64,000 nt of DNA from Eledone cirrhosa. Lineage: Eukaryota. A model generated the notes under the pieces. It saw nothing but the letters and a program-made list of their open reading frames with translations. It was not told where the DNA came from and ran no database searches. Position numbers and translations under genes: made by a program. This document shows positions 28,855 through 39,070 of this stretch, one piece after another. How positions within the stretch are numbered: position 1 is the first letter of the stretch; every line of letters starts with the position of its first letter. The stretch covers positions 71,424,001 through 71,488,000 of the forward strand of contig OZ024741.1 in NCBI GenBank assembly GCA_964016885.1, given 5' to 3'.

Positions 28855-30215
28855 CATCATCATCATCGTTTAACGTCTATCTTCCACGTTAGCATGGGTT
28901 TAGACGGGAATTGTCCCACTTGAGGCAAGATTGGTCGTCTCGCTCATATGGGACAGTCTGGGAGGTTTTCTAAGGCTGGATGCCCTTCCTAACACCAACC
29001 ACTTTTACAGTGTGGCCTGGGAGGTTTTTACCATGTTACCTACACGGCCACATTACAGCGTGGACTGTGTTTTTTTGTCGTGACACCTACACAGCCTCAT
29101 TTATTTAGGACTGGATGTTGTGGTACCAACATAACTTTACAGAGAAAGGGGTGGTGTTGATGGGGGTGCGGTGGGGGAGTTGGGGTAGTGGGATGGGGGA
29201 GTATATTTGATTAAGAGGTGCCTACTGACTGTAGGTTTCGCTTTGTACTTAGGCAAGGCGGGTTTTCTGTATTACTGCGTAGCGCCAAAGATCTCGGTCC
29301 AGTAACATTGTCTTAGAGAGGTGTAAGTGTGTAAGGTCAGAATTTATCAAATTGTCCCAGGTTTTTCTGGGTCTACCTACTCTGTAACTTCTGTCAATTT
29401 TGATCGACCCTACACTTTTTTATACAGCTGTCGTCTTTCATGCGCATCACATGACCATACCAATGTAGTCTTCTCTCGAGTAAGCATCATCTGATCCCTC
29501 TTATACCTAATTTCTCAGTTCATTTATGCTTTTCTGTTCACGTATATTACTGTCACACATCAAGCGGAGCATGCATGCTTTGTTCCTCTCCAGTCTGCGC
29601 AGATCCTCTGCACACAAGGCCCATGTTTCACTGCCATGTAACATCGCTGTTCCTATGCAGGCATTATACAGTCTACTTTTCATTTTTAGAGAGAATCCTT
29701 TAGCTGCCAATAGCGGTATAAGCTCTCTGAACTTTTTCCATCCTGTTCCAACTCTGGCTACTGTACTTTCTGAGCACCCTCCACCACTGCTGATTTTGTC
29801 ACCCAGGTAACGGAAGGTGTCCACTATTTCTATAGAGCCATCTGGGCAATAGAAGGAGCTAGTATCCTGTGGGCACTTGCTACTTATTGCACCTGAGCAT
29901 CGGCCACATATAAAATCTACGTTCTAAGATAGCTTACCTGTGATCCCACTACATCTTTTATGCACCCACACTTTGCATTTGGGACATAAAATGGAATTTC
30001 TGCCTACTCCTTTACTACACACTGAGCATGGCCATTTCCCAGAGGGGACCTGTACCCTATTTTCCTTCCTACATACTAGAACTTTAAGTTAACTTTAAAG
30101 CCTTTTGATTCTAGGCCATGCTTCCATGTTTCGAATGTCTTCTCTAGTTCAGCCATCGATTCAGCTATGAGCATTAGATCATCTGCATAGAGAAGTTCCC
30201 ATGGGCAGCCGGTTG
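28855..30215 (-). mobile_element. RTE-clade LINE 3' part (RT C-terminus and tail), degenerate
   Basis: ORF fragments CPWELLYADDLMLIAES and FRYLGDKISSGGGC...MLHGSETW; (TGA)n tail near 28855. Confidence 0.85.
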
Positions 30216-30304
30216 GCAAATAATATCTCTTAGCTTTCTGGGATACATAAACTACAGCCCTTATGTCCACCAGTGTATGAGCATGTCTCTGAGGTAATTT
30301 CCAT

Positions 30305-30646
30305 CCGAGTATACAAATGCGATGTCATATCAAGCAATAACAAAAAGCATACATCGGTATGACTTCTAACAACTTTAAGACTTGGTGGTTCAACTACACT
30401 TACTCATTTAGAAGACCGGACAATGCCAACCAAAGAGCACTGGCTGCCCATGTATGTGAGCTCAAGAAGAAGTCCATCGACTTCACCCTCAAGGAAAATA
30501 CTCCAGAAGGCATAAGCAGACATAAAGGCTGTGGTTTATGTGTCTCAAAGAGCTATAAGATATTATTTGCCAAGGGCTCCATCCTGAACGAACTCTCAAA
30601 ACGTTTCCCGACCTGCCTGCACAAACCAATGCAACAATATATATAG
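30305..30646 (+). mobile_element. Penelope-like element GIY-YIG endonuclease fragment (pseudogenised)
   Basis: Frameshifted YKCDV...YIGMTSNNFK...YSFR...ALAAHVCELK...CGLC...ILN...CLH matches the layout of PLE GIY-YIG C-termini. Confidence 0.7.
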
Positions 30647-31657
30647 CAATCAACTGTATTTACAGTTATTTCTGCATCTGAGTTTCTTACATTTTCTATG
30701 AATTTCATAACCTCTCAGTGCTTTGAAAGTTTGATGCTTTATACAATGTTGCTTACATTAAAAAGCTGTATGCATTGGTATTCTAATTTGGATGGAGCTT
30801 GTTGTCAGAGGTTGTTTAGCTCAATAGTTAGAGTGGTCAGCTGGTATCTGAAAGATACAAAGTGTGATTCTTCATGGCGACCACTGGCCACTTCTTCCAT
30901 CCCACATAAATTCTCCAGCCCTAAGTACAAACAAATTTTTTCTATTTTGCACAAATATAAGTTAGGGTTATCCCCCTTTACACAACTAACAATCGAATCT
31001 ATCCAAGTCCTCTCCCCTTCCATTAGGACTCTCTAGTAGAACTTTAATCCTAACATCCATAAAAATTTCCCAAGCGAAACACGTGTATTCAACAGATGAA
31101 AATGTGAATTTAAATAAATTTTGTGCATGTATATATCATCATCATCATTTAACATCTATCTTCCATGCTAGCATGGGTTAGATGGGTTTGTCCCATTAGA
31201 GGCAAGTTGGGTCAGGTGACTGTGTCCCGCTAATATAGGACTGTTCTGGCTGGTTTTCTACGGCTGGATGTCCTTTCTAATGTCAACCACATTTACAGTG
31301 TGTGCTGGGTGCTTTTTGCCGTGTCTCCTACATGACCATTTTATAGTGAAGGCTGGGTGCTTTTTGTCACGACACATACGCGACCACTTTATAAAATCAT
31401 TATCATCAAAAGTTGTGTTGGTGATGTTTGGAATGATGTTTGTGGTGATGATAGTATATCTAACTCACTAATAATGACCAGTTTAACTCTTGCAGAGTTT
31501 GCAGACAATCAGGTTACTGGGAACTGTCTGAAAGTCTGCAGCAGCAAGAGAACAATAAGTACATTTACCATTGTATTGTAATGACAATGAAAATATAGCA
31601 GTAAGACAAGTTCTGCTGCAACAGTAATTGAAGAATGATTCACACACACACACACAC

Positions 31658-31795
31658 TTATGTGTATTCTGGGTTCAATCGGGGGTAACCACAGTAAGTG
31701 AGGTACTCAATACATTGAGTATAAATATTTAATATAGAAATGGCTTCTACAGGACTAGAACTATTTCATTCGAAGGAAATCACCAGGAAAGCCGA
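31658..31795 (-). mobile_element. Penelope pseudo-LTR-like fragment with hammerhead motif (31742-31793, core CUGGUGA)
   Basis: GGCTTTC-CTGGTGA-TTTCCTTCGAAT-GAAA-TAGTTCTAGTCCTG-TA-GAAGCC; homologous to 48968-49102. Confidence 0.65.
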
Positions 31796-31807
31796 CTGTC
31801 AATGTGA

Positions 31808-32137
31808 TATCATCATCATCATTTTACGTCCGCTTTTCCCTGCTTGCACGGGTGGGATGGGAACTGATTCTGGCTTGATTTCTACAGCTGGATGCCCTTC
31901 CCAACACCAACCTCATTTACAGTGAGTGCTGGGTGTTTTTTTTCCATGGCACCTACTTGCCCACTTTACAGTGGAATGATAGGGACTTCAGTTCTATCAT
32001 CTCATTTCTACAGCTGAGTAAACTGGAGCAATGTGAAATAAAGTATCTTGCTCAAGGAAACAACACATCACCCGGTCTGAGAATTGAACTCACAACCTTT
32101 CGATTGCAAGCTCAATGCTCTAACCACTAAGCCATGT
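31808..32137 (-). mobile_element. SINE family B copy
   Basis: Reverse complement of 5052-5390. Confidence 0.85.
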
Positions 32138-32646
32138 GATATGGTGGTATTTATACATTTTCTGTTGGTAGGGGATGGTGGTGATTGGGATGGATGGAGA
32201 TCATCGGCAGGTGAATTTAAAGAATAGGGATTCTTTTTAAAAAAAAAAAAAAATAAAATTAAAAAAAAAAAATAAATAAAAATCTATATTTAGAGAAAAA
32301 TACAGCGATACAGAATGATACAAATGCAGGCACTCCTAATATTCAAGGTTCATTTGTTCTAAGCAATCAAAGGGTTTCATTAAGCAACTGAAATAGAACT
32401 AAGAAAACTGAAGTTGAACAGAAAAAATGAAGGGAATAACAACAACCATACATAAACACAATAGTGACCTAAGAAATGTAAATAAATATACACAGGTATA
32501 ATAACAACAACCACACATAAACACATACTAGTGAGCAAAGATAGAATACAAACACACACACAAACGCATGCGCAAACAGAGACAAGAATAAATAAATAAA
32601 TAAAAATGGAATAGACATTACAATACAATGGGAGAGAACATAATAG

Positions 32647-32690
32647 TACCACTGATGATGTCACAGGTGTGTGATGAAAGAACTTTGATA
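32647..32690 (+). ncRNA. Minimal type I hammerhead-like motif, partly decayed
   Basis: TACCA-CTGATGA-T-GTCAC AGGTGT GTGAT-GAAA-G AA C-TT-TGATA. Stem II GTCAC/GTGAT; stem I TACCA/TGATA with one mismatch. Confidence 0.55.
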
Positions 32691-32836
32691 TAAATATAAT
32701 ATATATATATATATATATATATAAGTTGAAAAAAATGAAAACGAAATTTCATTTCTCACTCTTAGTATGGCACTTACTTAAATGTAAGTATGTATGTATA
32801 CGTACATACATATATGTATACAGACGTACAGTAGCA

Positions 32837-32878
<42 letters not shown>

Positions 32879-33048
32879 TATACACATATGCATACAGGTA
32901 CACATACATATATGCACGCATCAGTTTAGCCGACGTTTATTATAACGCCTGCTTTGTTCGTTTGTTTGTCAACAAATCAAACAGCCTGAATTTATGCCAT
33001 ACGGTGTTAAGGCAACCACGTCACCTTTTTGTTCAACACTGACACAGG

Positions 33049-33093
33049 AACGATGTACTAGTTTCAAGCTTGTTAGCTATCATCAGCACCGTT
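33049..33093 (-). ncRNA. Type I minimal hammerhead ribozyme, unit 1
   Basis: AACGGTG-CTGATGA-T AGCT AACA AGCT T-GAAA-CTAG-TA-CATCGTT. 7-bp stem I (one G.U), intact CUGAUGA and GAAA core, palindromic ACUAGU stem III, GUA cleavage triplet (cut between 33056 and 33055). Confidence 0.88.
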
Positions 33094-33327
33094 TACCCAT
33101 CTGCCAGATAGTTGAACGTTCGAAAGTATATACTTTCCTTATGAAAATTAACGGCTGAGCAGCCTAATTTGCATATTGAGTGAGTTAAATCGGTCAGGCA
33201 TACCGAAAACGATAAGTTGAAAAAAATGAAAACGAAATTTCATTTCTCACTCTTAGTATGGCACTTACTTAAATGTAAGTATGTATGTATACGTACATAC
33301 ATATATGTATACAGACGTACAGTAGCA

Positions 33328-33369
<42 letters not shown>

Positions 33370-33539
33370 TATACACATATGCATACAGGTACACATACAT
33401 ATATGCACGCATCAGTTTAGCCGACGTTTATTATAACGCCTGCTTTGTTCGTTTGTTTGTCAACAAATCGAACAGCCTGAATTTATGCCATACGGTGTTA
33501 AGGCAACCACGTCACCTTTTTGTTCAACACTGACACAGG

Positions 33540-33584
33540 AACGATGTACTAGTTTCAAGCTTGTTAGCTATCATCAGCACCGTT
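33540..33584 (-). ncRNA. Type I minimal hammerhead ribozyme, unit 2
   Basis: Identical to the unit 1 motif, exactly 491 bp away. Confidence 0.88.
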
Positions 33585-33821
33585 TACCCATCTGCCAGAT
33601 AGTTGAACGTTCGAAAGTATATACTTTCCTTATGAAAATTAACGGCTGAGCAGCCTAATTTGCATATTGAGTGAGTTAAATCGGTCAGGCATACCGAAAA
33701 CGATAAGTTGAAAAAAATGAAAACGAAATTTCATTTCTCACTCTTAGTATGGCACTTACTTAAATGTAAGTATGTATGTATACGTACATACATATATGTA
33801 TACAGACGTACAGTAGCATGC

Positions 33822-33854
<33 letters not shown>

Positions 33855-34309
33855 TATACACATATGCATACAGGTACACATACATATATGCACGCATCAG
33901 TTTAGCCGACGTTTATTATAACGCCTGCTTTGTTCGTTTGTTTGTCAACAAATCGAACAGCCTGAATTTATGCCATATGGTGTTCGTTTTCGGTATGCCT
34001 GACCGATTTAACTCACTCAATATGCAAATTAGGCTGCTCAGCCGTTAATTTTCATAAGGAATATATATATATGCATGCTACTGTACGTCTGTATACATAT
34101 ATGTATGTACGTATACATACATACTTACATTTAAGTAAGTGCCATACTAAGAGTGAGAAATGAAATTTCGTTTTCATTTTTTTCAACTTATCGTTTTCGG
34201 TATGCCTGACCGATTTAACTCACTCAATATGCAAATTAGGCTGCTCAGCCGTTAATTTTCATAAGGAAAGTATATACTTTCGAACGTTCAACTATCTGGC
34301 AGATGGGTA

Positions 34310-34354
34310 AACGGTGCTGATGGTAGCTAACAAGCTTGAAACTAGTACATCGTT
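34310..34354 (+). ncRNA. Hammerhead in the inverted unit, core variant CUGAUGG (A9G)
   Basis: AACGGTG-CTGATGG-TAGCTAACAAGCTT-GAAA-CTAG-TA-CATCGTT. Confidence 0.8.
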
Positions 34355-34718
34355 CCTGTGTCAGTGTTGAACAAAAAGGTGACGTGGTTGCCTTAACACC
34401 GTATGGCATAAATTCAGGCTGTTCGATTTGTTGACAAACAAACGAACAAAGCAGGCGTTATAATAAACGTCGGCTAAACTGATGCGTGCATATATGTATG
34501 TGTACCTGTATGCATATGTGTATATATATGTATATATATATATATATATGCATGCTACTGTACGTCTGTATACATATATGTATGTACGTATACATACATA
34601 CTTACATTTATATATATATATATATATATATATAATGGAAAATTTGAACAGGAACAAAACAGGCAGTACAACGAATGTTTATTAATTTCACGCTCTGGAG
34701 AGTGGGGTGGTGGTGGGG

Positions 34719-34752
34719 AACGACGTTTCGGGCATAAGCCCTTCCTCAGGTG
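34719..34752 (-). ncRNA. Penelope-type minimal hammerhead motif
   Basis: AC-CTGAGGA-A-GGGC TTAT GCCC-GAAA-CG-TC-GT. Perfect 4-bp stem II, ACGU palindromic stem III, GUC triplet, very short stem I; AATAAA follows downstream on the same strand. Confidence 0.7.
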
Positions 34753-34754
34753 AG

Positions 34755-35942
34755 AAGTGTGTGGGAAGAGAGTTCAAAGGGTGTGTAGGGGAGTGGTGGA
34801 GAGACATATAGCAAAAAGGGGGTGGGAGGAAACGGTGCGAATGAAATTAAAAATAAAAATAAAAATAAAGCATGATCAAAATAAAATGAAATTAAAAAGG
34901 GGTAAAACAGGTGGTGGAAGGGTGTGGGGTGTGTAGGGGTGGTGGCGGGTGGAGTGGGGAGAGGGAGACGGGGTGTCCGAGCAGGGAGGGCTGAAGGTGG
35001 TACGTGTATGTGTATGTGAAAGCAAGGGTTGGGGGAAGAACGGGGTTGCATGTTCAGGAAGAGGTGTGTGTGGGGTGGGGTGTAGGTCGGAGTGTGTGTG
35101 CGTGTGTGGATAGAGGGGTGGGGGAGAGGAATCCGGAGGCTGAAGGTGTAAATATGTGGTGGAAAGCACTTGTGTGTGGGGTTTAAGCGTGTTGTGGGTG
35201 TAGGTGGCGTGTGGGAGAAAAAAATTTTTTTGGGGTGTGTGTGAGTTATATAGGTGATTCCGTAAAAGGATGTGGTTGAAATGTTGGTAAACTCCTATGA
35301 TGGTAGTAGATTCCACAGTGGTCAAGTTCCACATACGAGTATTCCATGAAGAGATGGTCGGAAGGGGAGAGATGTGGGGTGCGCGCGCAACAGGAAGTGG
35401 TCAAGGCGGTGGGAGTGCTGTGTGTCTGTTTGTGCTGGGAGGTGGTCAGAGGGCATAGCAGCAGTCGGGTGGAATGGTAAAGGGGCGAGGATGGGTAGGT
35501 GTGAAAGTTGGAGTGAGGAGGGTGTGTGTGTGTATTAGTAGAGGTGTTAGTGGGATGAGTGAGTGTGGAGAAAGGGTGTGGGTGGAGCGGGGAGAGAAGG
35601 GTGTGGGGGTCGATGGAGGGAGGGTGGTGTACTGGTGTGTGTAGTTTGATGAAGGGGGTGTTAGTGGGTGTTAGTATACGGGAGGTGGAGAAAGGGTTGA
35701 ATGCAGGTGTGAGTGGGGGTTAGTGGTGGTAGGGTGTGTAGAGTTGGTGGTGTACGAGGGTGTGTGGGTACGTGTGTGTGGGGTTGGGGGTGTTAGTGAT
35801 GTTAGTTGCGTGTGGGGGAGGGGCTGTAAGTGGGTGCATGTGTTCGTGTGCTTGGGGTCAGGGGGTGTTAGTGATGTTAGTTGCGGGGTGGTGGGATGGA
35901 GGTGTGGGGGTGAGGGTTAGTGGTGGTAGTAGGGTGTGTGTT
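34755..35942 (-). mobile_element. G/T-rich low-complexity tract, probable body of the Penelope-like element ending at ~34635
   Basis: Strongly G/T-skewed sequence abutting the hammerhead. No convincing RT or endonuclease motif. Confidence 0.35.
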
Positions 35943-36141
35943 TAGTATATTTTTAACTGATGGTCAATCAATGAAAAACATTGATTGTTAGCTAAATTAA
36001 CTATAAGGATATATAATATACATAAGCGAAAACCAATCCAAACCAAACAGTTACTGTGTTTTATTATTTCCAGCGATATTATAACAATATTTGTTTCAAC
36101 ACACGATTTCATATCAAAAACCTTGCGAAACAAATATATAT

Positions 36142-36450
36142 ATCATCATCATCATTTTACGTCCGCTTTTCCCTGCTTGCAAGGGTGGGACGGGAACTGA
36201 TTCTGGCTTGATTTCTACAGCTGGATGCCCTTCCTAACACCAACCTCATTTACAGTGAGTGCTGGGTGCTTTTTTTCCGTGGTGCCTACACGTCCACTTT
36301 ACAGTGTGGGCTGGGTGCTTTTTTGCCGTGGCACCTCCACGACCACTTTGCAGTGGATTGATAGGGATCCCAGTCACTATCATCTCATTTCTACAGCTGA
36401 GTAAACTGGAGCAATGTAAAATAAAGTGTCTTGCTCAAGGAAACAACACG
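36142..36450 (-). mobile_element. SINE family B copy, 5' truncated
   Basis: Matches the reverse complement of 5130-5390. Confidence 0.8.
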
Positions 36451-36474
36451 CATATATATATATATATATATATA

Positions 36475-36551
36475 TAGGGTGCGGCATAAAAACCTCCCAT
36501 ATTTTACACGATCAACCCTTAAAATGTGGGAGGTATTTTTGCCACACCCTG
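36475..36551. mobile_element. ~77-bp Tc1/mariner-type MITE in TA context
   Basis: TAGGGTGCGGCATAAAAACCTCCCATATTTTA...TAAAATGTGGGAGGTATTTTTGCCACACCCTG: ~32-bp imperfect inverted termini flanked by TA. Confidence 0.75.
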
Positions 36552-36879
36552 TATATGTGTGTGTATAACATATGTCCAACTCATGCAAGCATGGAAAAGC
36601 GGGCCTAAAACGATGACGATGTATCTGTGTATAATGTGTGTATGTATAATATGTGTGTGTATGATATATATGTGTGTGTATGATATATATGTGTGTGTAT
36701 GTGTATAAACATAATTAGTTTTGTTTTTGCTATTGTAGTGATGATGACAATAACAGATGAAGAATACGAGACTCAGTATTTACCGCAGTTGATAGATGCT
36801 ATCAATCAACTATTTACCATTGCCCCAGGAACTTATATACCAATCTCTTATGAACAAATGTATAGGTGAGCTATCTTTG

Positions 36880-37173
36880 TCCCTCTTGCAAGGGTGGGAT
36901 GGGAACTGATTTTGGCTTGATTTCTACAGCTGGATGCCCTTCCTAACACCAACCTCATTTACAGTGAGTGCTGGGTGCTTTTTTTTCCGTGGCACCTACA
37001 CGTCCACTTTGCAGTGGAATGATAGGGACCCCAGTCCCGATCATCTCATTTCTACAGCTGAGTAAACTGTAGCAATGTGAAATAAAGTGTCTTGCTCAAG
37101 GAAACAACACATCACCCGGTCTGAGAATTGAACTCACAACCTTTCGATTGCAAGGCCAATGCTCTAACCACTA
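36880..37173 (-). mobile_element. SINE family B copy
   Basis: Matches the reverse complement of 5052-5390. Confidence 0.8.
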
Positions 37174-37232
37174 ATATATATATATATCCATCCATCCAGG
37201 GAGTGTAGGTTCACTCGGATGAGCACTCGATG

Positions 37233-37273
<41 letters not shown>

Positions 37274-38582
37274 CAGATACACACACACTCATCTAAGTCA
37301 CACTACATTACAAGTATCAATAACCGACATAAATAAATGTCTGTTGGTCACGAAATGTGTATCGTCTGCTCTTTCATTTTGATCACGTGGTATATTGAAC
37401 AGCCGATACGCTAATTTCAATGTACTTCTGTTAGCAGCAACCCTCCTCCTCTCTCCTCCCTCTGTTTCTCTCTCCCTCCATCTTCCTCTTTCTCCTCATT
37501 TATCTCCATCTCTCGTTCTCTCTTCCTCTCTTCATCTTACCTCACGTAACATGTTTTGTCGTAACTCAAATTGCATTCTTCACACACTCCACTTTTCCCT
37601 CCCTCTTTATTGCTGCGCACATAGATGCATGTACACAAATGCACACACACACACGCACGTAATCACAGACACCCACAGACGCACGTATACACACGGATAC
37701 ACATACACCCACTGACGCACGCACACACACATATACTCAGTAATGTAAATCTGTGACACGTTCATGCTTAATAGCCAAAAGAGAGGTATTTATGTGATCA
37801 TTCGATTTGTTAGAAATAGCAGCTAAACCACACCCAACTGTCCTAAAAATGGAACAACATAATGAATAATGTAGATAGATAATCCAAGATACATAATATT
37901 CCCGAGAAGGACGGGATGTTCGAGGCTGGAACACTTTCAATGATAGGTCTGCTAGACCAGGGACAAAAATTGGTGAAACAAGTAGGATGATAATAAATTT
38001 CAACTAAACGACATAACTACAATTTAGTACCCCACCGATTTTGTTCTCTTCATAATTTTCTTAATATTGTATTCTGGCATTTTGCAGGGATACGTTTACG
38101 AAAGTTTAACTTACAATTATGTTGATGAAATTTTAAAACATTTTTTTTTTTTTTTCAATTTACTGTTGTAGAAATGTTTATGCATGTCTGTATAAAATGT
38201 ATGGCATTATCCTGATTGATATTATTCATTAACATCATAAAACTGGAAGACATAATGAACTAATCTCCGAGTACTACACAAATCAAAAGTATTCAGTAAA
38301 TGAAAGCATTAACGAACGAAACTGAACATAATAATGGAAATATATATATATATTTTAATATATTTAAATAATTATCACCATAACTGTAATTCGCATGGAA
38401 ATGCATCTGTGCAAAATTGCATTAAAAATATGAATTATTCACAAAGTTATGAGGAAATAAATTTGAGGGAGGGACACTAGGTTGTAGTTATGCCAACTTA
38501 GCTACGTATATGCAATATCTGTAGTATGTTTTAATTCGATGACGCCTCAGATACATTCAATCACTGATATATATATACATAT

Positions 38583-39070
38583 ATCATCATCACCGTTTTA
38601 CGTCCATTCTTCCACGCTAGCATGGGTTAGAAGGGTTGTCCTGTTGTGGGCAGTAGCTGGTCGGCTGACCATGTCTTGCTCATACTGGAACTGATTCTGG
38701 CTTGATTTCTAGTTAGGATGCCATTGCTAACACCAACCTCATTTACAGTGAGTGCTGGGTGCTTTTTTCCGTGGCACATACACGACCAATTTACAGTGTG
38801 GGCTGGGTGCTTTTTTGCCGTGGCACCTCTACGACCACTTTGCAGTGGGAGGGGGTGGGGCATATTGTCTATATGCTTCAGATTCGGCTTGTACCCGTGG
38901 GAAGTCGGGTCTTCTGTATTACTGCGTGACGCCAGAGGTCACGGTCGTTGAGAGGTGCAATTGGGCAAGGTCGGCTTTTATCACCTCATGCCAGGTCTTC
39001 TTGGGTCCCCTCACTCCACGGTTTCTATCGACTTCTAGTGCTCTGCACCTTTTTATGCAGCTGTCATCCT
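38583..39070 (-). mobile_element. RTE LINE 3' end (tail shared with SINE family B)
   Basis: Same CAGTGAGTGCTGGGTGCTTTT tail, plus coding end similar to 29250-29430. Confidence 0.7.

Larger units (their letters stand above)
32721..34610. mobile_element. 491-bp tandem and inverted repeat array carrying hammerhead ribozymes (non-LTR retrozyme-like)
   Basis: Units start at 32721, 33212 and 33703 (third truncated at ~33984). Inverted copies follow at ~33985-34190 (internally deleted) and ~34191-34610. Flanked on both sides by (TA)n. Confidence 0.9.

Noticed and set aside
32726-34685. Repeated 65-98 aa ORFs in the 491-bp units
   Set aside because: Dominated by (TA)n-derived YIYI runs with no recognisable domain.
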